A stretch of 63,032 bases of DNA, filler included, from Reticulomyxa filosa (lineage: Eukaryota > Protista > Foraminifera), in NCBI GenBank assembly GCA_000512085.1. It is 22 parts of 22 records of this genome, joined end to end, with 100 filler letters (N's around TTAATTAATTAA, not from the genome) between each part and the next. Parts side by side here need not be neighbours in the genome. Positions count along the whole stretch, not along the records: positions 23,359 to 26,856 come from ASPP01047080.1; positions 26,957 to 28,600 come from ASPP01020322.1; positions 28,701 to 29,823 come from ASPP01015740.1; positions 29,924 to 32,615 come from ASPP01004538.1; positions 32,716 to 33,935 come from ASPP01000255.1; positions 34,036 to 35,437 come from ASPP01007902.1; positions 35,538 to 36,591 come from ASPP01008356.1; positions 36,692 to 37,997 come from ASPP01036516.1; 14 more parts are not named here. The stretch is one strand, 5' to 3'. Positions within the stretch are counted from its first letter, which is position 1, and each line of letters begins with the position of its first letter. Positions 25,079-38,097 of this stretch are shown here, piece by piece. The notes below the pieces were generated by a model, which was not told where the DNA came from, ran no database searches, and worked only from the letters and a program-made list of their open reading frames with translations. A program made the position numbers and the translations under genes.

Positions 25079-25633
25079 GTACTTTTTTCTGATGAAAGCA
25101 AAATTAATTCAAAATGTAGTTATTGAATGTGTCATACTTGTAATAGATCATTAGCAACACTTACTTAAAATACAATTATAAAAACATCAAAATTTAGTTA
25201 TAGAATTATAATATTGTATTCTTGATTTAGATTGTTATGACTTGTTTATGCGTGTAAAATGATTGATGTGTAAATACAGACTTATACAAGAAATTGTATT
25301 TGATGAAATGATCAATACCACTATTTATGTTTATAAGATAATGAAAATTATATATTTCAGCAAGATAATGACATCAGCTACAAAGCAATTACAATAAAAG
25401 AATGTTTTGAACAAAACTATATCAAAATATTTGATTTCACTATAAATTCTCCAGATATAAACACAATCAAAAATATGTGTATATTTAAACAAAAATTGAT
25501 CAGTCAGATCAAAAGGATACCTTTGGAAATAATTTGAATTAAAATTTGAAAAAATTGACAAAGAAACATTCACAAACTTAATAAAATCAATGCCAGAGCG
25601 AATACAAGCATTATAAAATGCAAAAAGTGATTT
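25079..25633 (+). mobile_element. Second, heavily decayed Tc1-like transposase remnant
   Basis: Residual motifs in the correct order: VLFSDESKI (25079), YIFQQDND (~25351), NSPDINTIKNM (~25445) and NLIKSMPERIQA..NAK (~25575-25625). Confidence 0.7.
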
Positions 25634-26207
25634 AATCAATGATAATTTTCACTAAAAAAATTCTTACTACAAAAAAAAATTTTCCGTTCTCAAGATTTTG
25701 AATTAACTTGACTTGCTTGCATTGGACAAAAAAACTAATTATAAGTGTCAAAGAGTAGTCAAAAATCATCATGCATTCACAATGCCCAAATTCAATAAAA
25801 TATTCAAATTTTTTAAACAATAAGTAAAGATATAATAAAAAACTACACTGTTCGTATATATTTAAAAATTAAGTCTGAATGTTGTTTTCATTAAGAAAAT
25901 CAATCATCTCTATAATGTACCGTTTTATGTTTCAACTTTACTTTGCATTCTACTGTATTTTCTATACTAAATGGCAATCGATCCGTGACTTGGCGAAGCA
26001 CCGACTGACAACCAACCAGAAATGGCGACCAATTTGCAAATCATATGCAACTTGGGACGATCGGAAATGAATCATATCCTTGTAGATATGACGAATAGTC
26101 TGCATATGCAATGTGTCCGTTTTTTGAATGGAGCATTGAATGATGATTGACTCGATCGAGATCGAGATCGAGAAGGTCGAGACAAAGAGAGAATTGACAT
26201 TACTGTA

Positions 26208-26526
26208 GGTTCTTGAAATACAATCACCTACTGCTATTACAAATAAAAAATCGCAATCTTTGCGAGCGCTGAATGAAGAAATATACGGGGTTGTATTGCA
26301 AATATGGACGTTAGACAAAGTGATGCGGAAAAAAAGGAATATCATGTCACAGCAAGTCTTTGCGGAAATGATCGACTCTTGCTCCAATCTCACTTTGGTC
26401 TTTTGGTTCAGACTTGCCGATGCCGTCAAAAAAGAGTTTGAATCCCATCACTTGTCATCCTTTGTTCACAAAATCAAAGATTTTGATAAGCATCATCCAG
26501 TTGCCAACATGAACAAGTATATTTAA
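26208..26526 (+). CDS. Possible COG5-like fragment (gene remnant or truncated exon)
   Basis: EEIYGVVLQIWTLDKVMRKKRNIMSQQVFAEMI..FWFRLADAV resembles the COG5 V.HLQ.VL.KKRDP.SH..F segment as I recall it. The match is short and weak. Confidence 0.3.
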
Positions 26527-26956
26527 AAAATTTAACTTTATGTGAATGTACTATATTCATTGCACTTTCCTAAAATAGTAACTTAAATTTTCTTTTTTGC
26601 TGGTTTAATTTTAGTGAGTGCGTCTTTTTGGGAATGTTAAGTTTTTCTCTTGTTTAAATGTACCGTTGTAAAATTTAATTTTGACCCGTTAAAAACTTTA
26701 TGTCAATAGGTGTGGTTGAAGTTAAAACTGTTAGTATTTTTAAAGAAACAACGAGTAATTTTTGTAAAGTGGAAACATTACCAACATATTAGAAATAATG
26801 TTAATGGCTTGTTCAGATAAGAAAAATGAGATAAATATTTAATTTTTATTATGAAANNNNNNNNNNNNNNNNNNNNNNNNNNNNNNNNNNNNNNNNNNNN
26901 TTAATTAATTAANNNNNNNNNNNNNNNNNNNNNNNNNNNNNNNNNNNNNNNNNNNN

Positions 26957-27528
26957 TTTTCTTCCTTATTTTGAATAATTTGATCGTCATGATCATCACT
27001 GTCGAAACTATTTTCCAGTTTTAACATCAACAGTGGTGACATGCTTTGATCGCTTTGACATTCTGATGACGGGGAATTCTCCACATTTGGTTGATCGGCG
27101 TTTCTCATGTCCTCTTGATTGTTTTTCGTGTTTTCATTGCCTGGTTTCGTTGCAATAAGGTTGAAATACCGCTTAATTGACATTGCCTCTGACGTCTTGT
27201 TGCCCCTAGTGGGACCACCTGCATGCAGTTGAGACTTTCGACTAAAAGTCTTGCGTTTTCTATTGCCCGAAATTTTCAATGATCTGTTACTTGTGCGTTC
27301 ATTTACATTATGCTTTCTTTCGTGATTGCTAGATACATTACGTACAATTTCACATGACGGGAACGTGGCAGTGCGCTGTTGTGCCATTGCAGCATGCTTG
27401 GCTGCCTCAAATGGGTTTGAAAACGTTGGTTTAGTCGAAAGCTTATTTCGTGAGAGACGACTCTTAGTTTTTTTGGGAGGAAGCTTGAATGCATTTTGAT
27501 TTGACTTTTTATCTTTGAAATTCATCAT
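26957..27528 (-). CDS. Hypothetical basic/disordered protein, 5' part
   Basis: ATG-initiated ORF of about 190 codons, open to the contig end, with no recognisable domain. Confidence 0.5.
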
Positions 27529-27992
27529 GTATTTTCGATGCTACCTCTTACAAAGGAAGAAGAAACTAAGGGGACAAATTTCATAACTTACTTATCCTTT
27601 CTTATTGTCGCAACTACTATTCTCTTAGAATATTGCAATGATGCTATCCACATAGCGATCAGTTGTAAATATTTTACAATGATATGTTTTGAGTCATTTG
27701 ATAAAACAGTAAAAATAATTAAAAATCAATGGAAAAATTTAAATTTTGAATGAAAACTGATTAGATTTCAAAATTACATAGTCGCAGAAATTTTTATGTT
27801 GCTTGCCTTTTAATGAAAAATAATACATTATTTTTAAGGTGTAGCTATATTTTTTTGCTGCTTTGAATCACTGTTTTTTTAAAAAATATAGCAAATGAAA
27901 GCGTTCATATTGAAACTTTTTATAATGTAATTTTTTTTTGCAATATTTCTGGAATAGTTTTTCCAAGCATCAAAAAAAGATTTCAGATAAAA

Positions 27993-28570
27993 TTAATCCC
28001 ATCTTTTTGGCTCACCCCTTTGTAGAGATTTAAAAATGCGGCACAAAATGAAAATGCAACATGTGCAAGTTACAAGTACAGCGATAGAAATTTGCATTTG
28101 AGATATCTGCCACTCATCGTTATCGATGATATGAAAGCGATACAATGCATTATTAGAAGAAGGTGTTGTAGTCACACTACCTTTTTTTTTGCCTATTATT
28201 ATTATTATTATTATTATTATTTTATATTTTTTTATTTTTGTTTGTAAATAAAAAAATTGTTTTTTTCAGCTTATCAGTATGATGTTGAGGATATACACAA
28301 AGCACCTATCGTCCGTACGGCAGCAATTTCAGCTGGAGTCCATTGATAGGGCACCCACTTGTAATCGACGCAATAGTCTCTGATAATATTGTGATTGATG
28401 ATATCCACGCCGCAAAACTGTGCATACTGTTGCAAGGTCCTTTTATTGCCCAAGTTGTACTCCGCAATGGTCGCATGAGCAGCTGCACTTTGGTCACTTC
28501 CTTTGATCCGTAAGACGGTCTTTAAGCGTTGTTTAGATCTTTCTAATTCGGTATCATTCATGTGCCAACT
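27993..28570 (-). CDS. GT60 GlcNAc-transferase paralog, C-terminal exons with C-terminal transmembrane helix
   Basis: RSKQRLKTVL..EYNLGNKRTLQQYAQFCGVDI aligns with AAEKRINFLW..KYGMGNRRKLSDYWKFAGIDI of the gene at 13963. The last exon has ISIAVLVTCTCCIFILC followed by a basic tail. Confidence 0.65.
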
Positions 28571-28700
28571 CTCAGAATTACAAAAAAAAAAAAAAAAAAA
28601 NNNNNNNNNNNNNNNNNNNNNNNNNNNNNNNNNNNNNNNNNNNNTTAATTAATTAANNNNNNNNNNNNNNNNNNNNNNNNNNNNNNNNNNNNNNNNNNNN

Positions 28701-29823
28701 ACCTTCGTCGCAGAACCGGGCCCGCTGGCCAAGATGGGTCCCGTGCGCTTCACAGGAACCGAGAAGGTCGACACCGTGTGGCTTCAGCGTCGCGTGCCCT
28801 TCAAGGAGGGCGAGCCCTACTCGCCGGCCAAGGTCGAGGAACTGCGTGGAAAACTCACTCGCTTGGAACCTTCAACGCAGTGCGCCTGAAGCCCGCGACG
28901 GAACTCGATCCCAACGGCGAACTGCCGATCGACGTCGATCTCACAGATCGCCTGCAGCGCTCGATTGGCTTCGGATTGAGCTATGAGACACAGCTCGGCT
29001 TCGCGGTGGAGGGCTTCTGGGTCCACCGGTAACCTGTTCGGTCAGGCGGAGAGCCTGCGCCTGTCCGGCGAAGTCAATCACATCGGCCAAGGCTACGCGA
29101 TCCTCGACACTGGCTTCGCTTTCCGGGCCGCCTTCCGCAAGCCGGACTGGTGGCTGGCTGGGCAGGATCTGCGGCTGGAAGCGGCGGCGTTGAGAGAGGT
29201 GGTGCCTGCCTATACGAGGAAGGCTGCCACTTTCTACGGTGGCTTCGACCGTACCTTTACGCCACGCTGGCAGGCCCGCCTTGGCCTGGCGGCCGAGATT
29301 TCCGACATCACCCGTGAGGGCCTGACGCAAAGCTATCGTCTGCTCGGACTGCAGGGGACCGTGCTCTACAATCGCGCCAACAGCGATCTCGACCCTACCC
29401 GCGGCTACCGTATCGAGTTCAACGTACAGCCCTGGATCGATACCCAGCCCGGCGGCGCCTTTTTCACCATCCTGCGCCTCACGGGACGTCACTATTGGGA
29501 CATCGCCGAGCCGGGTCGTACCGTCCTGGCGACCCGGGCGTCGTTCGGCACCGAGCCTTCAAGCAACCTCAACCGCATCCCTCCCGACAAGCTCTTCTAT
29601 GCCGGTGGCGGCGGCTCCGTTCGTGGCTTCGTCTACCAGACCGCCGGACCGCTCGACGCCTGGGGCAATCCGCTGGGCGGCGCGAGCGTCGTCGAGGCAA
29701 ACGTCGAATTGCGCCAGCGCATCGGCAAGGCTTTCGGTGCCGTGGCGTTCGTCGACGCCGGCAGCGCGTACCCCGATTACCTACCGAACTTCTCGCAGCT
29801 CGCCCCGCGCGTCGGCGCTGGCG
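28701..29823 (+). CDS. tamA: Bacterial Omp85-family outer membrane protein (TamA-like), partial, with frameshifts
   Basis: GC-rich bacterial codon usage. A POTRA-like segment is followed by WVHR.NLFGQAESL, LDPTRG, FYAGGGGSVRGF.Y, GGASVVEANVELR and AVAFVDAG. Confidence 0.85.
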
Positions 29824-29953
29824 NNNNNNNNNNNNNNNNNNNNNNNNNNNNNNNNNNNNNNNNNNNNTTAATTAATTAANNNNNNNNNNNNNNNNNNNNN
29901 NNNNNNNNNNNNNNNNNNNNNNNGAGAGAGGGAAAAAAAAACATGCGATATGG

Positions 29954-31144
29954 TCATACCATACCTTCCAAGGGGTCCTCCAACCAATCCAAAATGTGAA
30001 AAGCTGTTTCTTGTTTTTTTTTTACTTTCATTGTTTCTGGTATCTTCCCTATCGTTTGTCTAACATACAAATGCAAAGATAATTCAATATGTATGTATAC
30101 ATACACATATACGTATACATATATGTACATGTACATATGCACGTATATGCTGTTAAAGAAAAAGAATAAGGAACTAAACAAAAGTGCTTGTTGAAGAATT
30201 TTGACATCAACCGCGATCCACGTATCATTATGATATCTGCAATGGAACTCCACTTTGTCTCCAACCCTCCATTTTTCTTTCTTTTGATTATCGTTCACAA
30301 GTTTCACTTTCGTTTCTTGTTGCTTTCAAAAAAATAAACAAATATAAGAGTCACTCTCTCTTTCTCTCTATCAAAACGAGTATTACAATGTTTGTACATT
30401 ACAAAAATAGTACCGATTGTGTGCAATGAAGTTGCGCAAGTATAAATTGGGAGTCACTATCTTCCATTACTTCGCTTTGATAAATCACAGGGAATCAATC
30501 TTGTCTACTTGTAAGACATTGTTTGATTCGAATGGAAATGTGCAAAGTATTTCATCTCCATTTCTCAAACCCAATCCTTTCCATTTTTCGTCATTTATGT
30601 CGAATGTCGCAAATTATTCTTCTTTATTTTTGTTTTGATTTTTTATTTAGTAGTTAAAATTTAAAAAAAAACATACCATCAATCTGATTGCCGCAATGTT
30701 GTCATCCACGCTCAAAATCTTTGTGTGTTCATGTTTTCTGTATTGATGTAATATAAGTCATATTTCTTTCCTTGCTTTTGTCCAAAAAAAAAATAATAAT
30801 GTGACAATACAGAAATATATTGTCATATACAATGATTGAAAAGTGCCGCACGATGGTTCTTCGTTTATTATATTTTCAATATCCAATAAATTTCTCTTTT
30901 TATTTTCACGCACTTCGTTCATCTTTTCCAATAGCTTCCTCTTTGCACTAGGCGCTAATTCCGTATGTGTAAATGCTTTTTTCCATTCTGTGGGCTCCAT
31001 TCGTGCAACGTCGTCGACTTCCCCGAATTTTATCTCTCGACATAAGTAGGATGCGAGCTTTGCTGCGTAGCTGTCATGTATTTTGACTTCGTTTTTCAAG
31101 TATGTAAATATTTCCTTTTCTGTTTGATCTTGTTCTTCGGTCAT
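29954..31144 (-). CDS. Multi-exon protein with SAM-like N-terminus and OB/cold-shock-like repeats, partial and possibly disrupted
   Basis: IFTYLKNEVKIHDSYAAKLASYL..EVDDVARME..WKKAF..LAPSAKRKLL is SAM-like. GLRNGDEILCTF and WRVGDKVEFHCRYHNDTWIAVDVK resemble CSD C-terminal halves. Confidence 0.45.
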
Positions 31145-32149
31145 AGATATCCAACTAAAATTTGTTCACCTGGCTCCCATTTTGTCAAATCCAAAAACAA
31201 GCAAATTCTCTTCTCTTTTTTTTTCTATTTCAATCTGAAATGTAATCAGATATAATCGATAAATTTTCTTTTCTGCAGCTAAAGATATTTTGTGCTTGAA
31301 AATAGCTTTTAATCAATCTGTGCTATTGTTCAAAAAAAGGCCTAATTTGTATTTGTGGTAAAAAATGTTTATTTCAAATCAAATGAGCAAGCAAAAAATC
31401 TTACCATTGAAAAAATCAATAAATAATTAAAAAATAAAATAGTCAATAGTTCAAAAGTCATACTGCATCGCTCAATAGCAGATCTCTGCTAAAAGTTAAA
31501 CCTTTCGCAAATGAACATATTTAATAACATCTCCATTCAAATATTTTCAAAATATTAAATTTGTTTTACTTATTATATATTACATAATAACTCAAAACCT
31601 CGTTTCAAGAAATTATTTGTTTGTAATCTTTTTAAAAAGCTGAAATTATACAGTAAGATAAAAAAGAAAGTTAGAACCTAAAATGCCACCTTATATAGAT
31701 GATTTTGTTTCTCCATGAAAAAACAACATTTAATCAAAATTTTTTTAAAAATATCTACAAATTGTGTAGTTTTTAAATATCATTTTGGTTTTTTATTAAG
31801 TCTTTACAATTTTTTCAAAAATTTTAATCTTTCATTTACTTTAAAAAAATTTTTGTAGTGCCTGAGTATGATAAGATTTGTTTTTTAAAATTTAATTCAA
31901 GTTTACCAACGTGTTATATCTCCTTTGCCTTTTTTAATTGACTGTATTCTCTTTGGCATGAATGCATCCAATATTGAAGTGGAAACCAATTGAAGACGCA
32001 ATCGATTCTGGCAAATTTTCTACAATCTTATTTTTGTAAAGAAAACTTGTGATATGCACACGCTTACATTGAATTGTTTTGTTACATATCTAGTCAAATT
32101 CTGAGCCTTCAAAAGAAATAATAAAAAAGGGACTTTGTTTAAAGATTAA

Positions 32150-32593
32150 CTTCATTATCATGTTTGCACAACTTCAAGAAAGGTTCTCTAAGATAGATAA
32201 GGAGATCATTTCAGATGCAATGAACTGGTCTAAGGAAAATGTTAAAGAGACAGAGGATATCCTAACATGGCTAACAGAGAACACGTAAATAAACTTATAT
32301 TTCTTTCTTTTTTTCTCAATACTGCTATTATCTTTTTAGACAAATTATTGCTTTATTTTTTATATAGTACAACTTTGCAGCAACAACATTGTTTGATGGG
32401 TTTATTCAAAGCATTTGGAGATAAGCTCGAAAAAAAGATAATATCACAGACATGGAAAAATTACAATCACATTTTTACTGATACACTCAATAAATTAAGA
32501 GAGATTTGTGCAACTTCCAACCTAAATGAGTTAAATTATGCAATAGATACAAAATATAAATGTAAAAAAATAATTTGTAAAATAATAGATTGA
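32150..32593 (+). CDS. Hypothetical helical protein with CUE/UBA-like repeats, partial
   Basis: LQERFSKIDKEII...ETEDILTWL, an intron, then LFKAFGDKLEKKIISQTW..TLNKLREI. Confidence 0.35.
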
Positions 32594-32715
32594 AAGAAGA
32601 AAATGAATTAAAAATNNNNNNNNNNNNNNNNNNNNNNNNNNNNNNNNNNNNNNNNNNNNTTAATTAATTAANNNNNNNNNNNNNNNNNNNNNNNNNNNNN
32701 NNNNNNNNNNNNNNN

Positions 32716-33420
32716 ATGTAAGATTTTGTTATGTAGTGGGCAACATCCAGCAGTGTGAAGTGATTCGAAGGCAAGAGAAAGAAAGATGCATCACTGAAAA
32801 AAAAGCAAATTGCAATAATGTCACAATCAAACAAATCACCTTTTGCAACATCAGACCAGATTATGGTATCGTTGGATGATGATTGTATTGTGATATTTTG
32901 CGATGGGAGCACATATCCCAATCTGGTATTGGAGGCGCAGGACTTGTAATTCAAGATTCAAGTATGCCAAAATGTTTGGAATTGGAATATTCGATCAATG
33001 GTATTACAACCAATATTGGATCTGAGATTGAGGCAATGAGACTTGCATTAAAGCATTAAAGTATGTCAGTGATCACTACAGATTCCATTGTGGAAGAGTG
33101 ATTATCCTGACTGATTGCAAGTTTGTGATTAATATTCAACAAATGGGATTCTGATAGATATTGAAATCATTTAATGAGGATAACGTACCAGAGATCTATT
33201 GGATTAAAGGTCATTCTGGGATTCCTGGGTAATGATAGACTGTTGAACATTTCCTGATGGAATGTTTGCGATACCAAGATTTACGTCGCAATTGGTGGAC
33301 AAATGTCCAGAAATTGGTTTCCACGTTCGATCCCCAATACATTGATATCTGGAATCAGACATTATGATCAAGGTTGTCAATGCAGCATCCAAGTTTGTAA
33401 TCGATACCAAGAGAAAAATT
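32716..33420 (+). mobile_element. LINE RNase H/CCHC remnant, same family as 16478-18991
   Basis: IVIFCDGSTYPN..GGAGLVIQD, ITTNIGSEIEA, IILTDCKF, IYWIKGHSGIPGN and TVEHFLMEC..Y..LRRNWWTNVQ, with frameshifts and an internal deletion. Confidence 0.8.
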
Positions 33421-34035
33421 TGAACAATTTCGAGTTTTTCAATCGATTAATTGTAATGTTTTTCTTTAATTAATTTTGTGTGGACCTTCTGGTTGTTGTG
33501 ATGTTCTTTCTTTTGTTTTTGTTTTTCTTTTGAGTACTGTGTTCTATTTCTTAGAACGAGCTGCTCTTTTAACTTGAAAGACCTGAGCTTGTGCAGGTAG
33601 GAGTGCAAAAAGGAGTGCAAGTTGAGGATGAAGCGAGAGCAGTCCGACGCTTGACACGCCCCCACTGTAGCACATCTAAAAAAAATATAATCGAAGATTA
33701 ACTTCGAGTTAATACTCCTCGAAGCAAGACATATTTATTTACTTCAGAATTAGTCACTGTTTCTTTACACTTTTTCTTTTGTTCAGTGGCGAATGTTTTT
33801 CGATAGATGTCACATCTTGGCTGCCTTACAATTCTTTGTTCATCTTTATTTTCCTTTTGTTCAATTTATCAATTGACACGCATTCTTGTTTCTCAATCTA
33901 ATAAATTTAGTCACCGATGTTGCTAATTTTAGTTCNNNNNNNNNNNNNNNNNNNNNNNNNNNNNNNNNNNNNNNNNNNNTTAATTAATTAANNNNNNNNN
34001 NNNNNNNNNNNNNNNNNNNNNNNNNNNNNNNNNNN

Positions 34036-34076
<41 letters not shown>

Positions 34077-34125
34077 GCACATAACATATGACAATATACA
34101 TATATATCAAAGCAATGAGAAGGAA

Positions 34126-35360
34126 GTGAGTCAACGACATGTGTCTCAAAATGCTACACATGTGATGACACCTCCAACATTGCCAGAGGAGCAGCACGAA
34201 CATGCACGAGAGCATGTGCAAGATGAAGAGCACGAAAGTGTGCCCGAGCAAAAAGCAAAACTACAACCCAAATCAGAAACAGAAGTAGAAGAAGAAGAAG
34301 AAGAAGAAGAAGCAAGAGCAGGAGAGGAAAAAGAAGTAAGCAATGAATCAAATAATGTGGAATCCACCATGCCAACATCATGCATTGCCACAAACAGTTG
34401 ATTCCAAAATTTACACACATATACACAGCACATGCATTAATCAAGTGTATGTTGTGTGTGTGTGTGACTGGCAGAAGTCATGAAAGACAGCGCTTTCTTT
34501 ATCGGGAAAAAAAAAGAGGGGAAAGGGGGGGTTGTGTTTTGTTTGTTGTAAATGCAGTGCCATTTCGAGGACGTGGACAACCCAAGGGGATTCAAAGGAA
34601 AGTCGTGGCCCGACTCGTACCCAACAGAGGCGGAGGCCACAGCAGAGGAAGATCTGCCTTTGGCTTTGGCAGAGGAAGGGGCAAAGAGAAAGATAGAAAC
34701 AGTGACGGAGACGATAATAGTCAGGGTAGAGGCCGGGGTTGGGGTTGGAGTCGGGGTCGGGGTCGAGAAAGTGGTCCTCCTTCTCTTCAAGACAGTTTGG
34801 AACAGAGTCATATCGCTCAAACTGTTACAAACGACATTGACACATCAATCACAACACATTTCGAAACGATATCGGAACCTATCAACAAATATACACATAC
34901 CATTGAAAATAGTCATGAAAATAACAATAGAAATGATAATATAAATGATAATATAAATGATAATGGAAATGGATATGAGACCAAGATGATACAAAACAAT
35001 GATAATGATAATGATAATGGTAATGGTAATGATAATGATAACAATGATGATGGTGGTGGCAATGATAATAATAATGGTAATAATAATGGTAATGATAATA
35101 ATAATGGTAATGATAATAATAATGGTAATGGCAATAACAATAGCAATGACAATGATGACAACGAAAAAAGAAATGAGACGGATAGTAGTGACGATAATGA
35201 TGATGAATAGGATTTTTTGAAAGAGCGTTGCAATCGTCATCTGCGCTGCCAAGTATAAAAGAGCATAGTCATAGCGATGAAACAGACGAGCAGATATCGA
35301 GGAATGAAATTGTCAAGAAAATCCAACACAATTTTGACAATAGCAATAGCAATAACAATG

Positions 35361-35421
<61 letters not shown>

Positions 35422-35437
35422 TAATTACAATATACAA
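34126..35437 (+). CDS. Low-complexity protein fragment (acidic, RG/RGG-rich, N/D-rich)
   Basis: An E-rich exon, GRGRG repeats at ~34560-34770 and an N/D tract encoded by microsatellite. The exon structure is uncertain. Confidence 0.4.
35340..35425. repeat. (AAT)n microsatellite
   Basis: Long AAT run. Similar AAT/TTA/CAA tracts occur at ~8635-8665, 35000-35140, 49625-49720, 50669-50725 and 51465-51495, and (TATAT)n at 35538-35570. Confidence 0.95.
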
Positions 35438-35581
35438 NNNNNNNNNNNNNNNNNNNNNNNNNNNNNNNNNNNNNNNNNNNNTTAATTAATTAANNNNNNN
35501 NNNNNNNNNNNNNNNNNNNNNNNNNNNNNNNNNNNNNTATTATATTATATTATATTATATTATATTATATTGTGCATTTAT

Positions 35582-36500
35582 TCATTGTTGTCTATTTTTC
35601 CATATCTCAAAAAAAAAAACATCAAAAAGAGATACCGAGAAAGCAGTGTCATTTTGTATAGACGAAGAAGCGTCGTTCATATGAAACGGCTTCAAAGAGA
35701 CGGTGGACCCTCCATTGGAGCGACGGAACAAATGCATATCATCGAAGATTACCTTGATGATTCCCAAGATGCATTCCAAATCGATGGACAATAAGTGCTG
35801 CAGCACCATAAAATGTTTGTTTTTATCGAACAAGACGGATATGATTTGTTGGCGGGCTTTGGTCGGGGACTTCAACGGCTTTCTCCAAGGGAACGTTTTG
35901 CCCTGCATAATGTACTGGAGATACAATAGCAGCAGATAGCTTTTCTGTTGAATGGCTTGGACGTCTTTGTCGGAACGCGAGGCGGGGTCAATGGATTGAA
36001 TGAAGCGATAGAACATATCAACGGCAGGAGTAGCAAAGTCTTCAAACACTTCGTTATGTACATAGCACAAGGCAATAAAAAACTGATGTTTTTGGCAATC
36101 TTTGACCAAACGATCCAAATTGAACGAGTCCCAAGACAAATGCAATATGATTTGCTCCGCTTCCGCCGCGCGATTTTTGCTGAGCAAATAGTCAATAAAC
36201 ACCTCCACCAAATCTGGCGGAATTTTGTTTATGCGATCACGCATTATATACGGCTCCAGCAATTGCAGAAATATTTCACGACCGCCTACCTCCTTCATCC
36301 GTCCAAACACCTTGTCAAACAGCAGTGACATTTGTTGCGTGCAAACGCAATAGTCCATCGCTATGCTACCAAACGATTGCAAGTCATTGTCCGTTTTTAT
36401 TGTTTGCAACGCGACATTGGCATAATCGACAATGAGATCACCCATTCTTCCCATCAGTCTCTTCACACTTGGAGTGATTATTATTTTGCCTTGGCTTAAT
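35582..36500 (-). CDS. VPS8: VPS8 (CORVET subunit), internal exon
   Basis: DYCV..LLFDKVF..IFLQLLEPYI..IPPDLVEVFIDY..AEQIILHL..SFNLDRLVKDCQKHQFFIALCYVHN..DFATP is the Vps8 core pattern. Confidence 0.88.
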
Positions 36501-36779
36501 TCCTTTTTACATATTATATATGTATATATAAATAATATGTAAAAAGGAATTAAGTCTCATTTGATCTTTTTCTTTCCAAAAAAAAAAAAAANNNNNNNNN
36601 NNNNNNNNNNNNNNNNNNNNNNNNNNNNNNNNNNNTTAATTAATTAANNNNNNNNNNNNNNNNNNNNNNNNNNNNNNNNNNNNNNNNNNNNTACTTATTG
36701 AGTTATTCATTTTGGTTATTTAGTTTACTTTGTTTCACTGAAAGCCACTCTCAATTTGAGTAAAACTTTTTGTATTACA

Positions 36780-37969
36780 TTTAGTGCAGCTCTCTACAGT
36801 AGACACCCCACAGTATAATCTTTGAAACCTGAAGTACATTGTCAATAATAAAAGTGTCTTGTTTGTCTGAAAAAGGGGTTGAGCATATAGACTTAGCTTA
36901 TTTATTTTTCTGCGCTAAAACAATGTTGTTGGATTTCAGATTGTTGACGACAAAAACAATATTCTTTAAGCACACGTAGCATCCGAATAAGAAATTGACA
37001 TTGCCTTGAATATTCGTAATTGGACAAAACATTACTTTGCAAATGGGTCAAAGGTTCGATTCAACTGTAATCAATGAACACATAATTTTGACCGATTCGA
37101 ATTCCATCTTCATCCCATTTTTGTAATACTTTCATCACATAACATCTGTTGCGACGTCGTAATTTTCGTTTCATTTTTTTTTGTTGCATTTTATTTGCAA
37201 AAGAATATGCTTTCCAAAAAGATACTGCTTTTCTCCACCAACTATTGCTATTCGGATCAAACAATCAAACAATGACCGATACAATAATATTGGGTTTTTA
37301 TTTACAAATGATCCCCAAATACCCATCCAATTTGAATAATCTTCAATTTCCCACTTTCTGATACCATGCCAAGGAAATTTTGCAATCGAATTTTCATTTT
37401 TGTCATTGAAAAATTCCATCCCATTCGTTTTGCCTGATTTGTTGTCAATTTTTATTGATACCATATTCTGTGCATGATCTAAGTCCAAGTGTAATCGCTC
37501 CTTGCGTTTGTGCATCCACTCAAATTGTTCTGGCTCTTTTAAAGCCAATTTATACTTTGTTTTATTGTTATTATTATCTTTTTTTTTGTATCTGAACTTT
37601 TCTATACAAGAGAGCACCCGAATTCAACACTCGCTGAAATGAACGGGAAACCAAAGGCAGCAATACAAGTTCCTCCGTCTCCAAATTCGAAAATACATAC
37701 AAAAGGACATTGGCAGGTAGAATTTCCTCCACTGGAGACATTCGAAAATACAAACGGTGCAGTTTGCTTTTAGAAGATACATACTCCTCATTTCCACTCA
37801 CGTCACCTTTTTCGATTATTTTCTTTATCCTCGCCATTCTTTCTTCTAAGAATTCTCTCAAGTCTTTCAGTTCGCACAGGTCGCTCAAAAATGGCAACAA
37901 CTCTTGCCTATTTCCTGAGGTTTTGCAGACATTTTCCAAATACTGGTATATGTATAAACAGGATTTCAT
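36780..37969 (-). CDS. F-box protein, partial
   Basis: EEILPANVLLYVFSNLETEELVLLPLVSRSFQRVL is an F-box consensus. Downstream coding continues through frameshifts, and the 3' end is approximate. Confidence 0.7.
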
Positions 37970-38097
37970 TATTTTATTTTTATTATTTTTTTTTAGGNNN
38001 NNNNNNNNNNNNNNNNNNNNNNNNNNNNNNNNNNNNNNNNNTTAATTAATTAANNNNNNNNNNNNNNNNNNNNNNNNNNNNNNNNNNNNNNNNNNNN

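Noticed and set aside
34845-35489. Poly-Ile, poly-Leu and poly-Tyr ORFs as membrane proteins (also 50590-51784)
   Set aside because: They are alternative-frame or antisense translations of AAT/TTG microsatellites.
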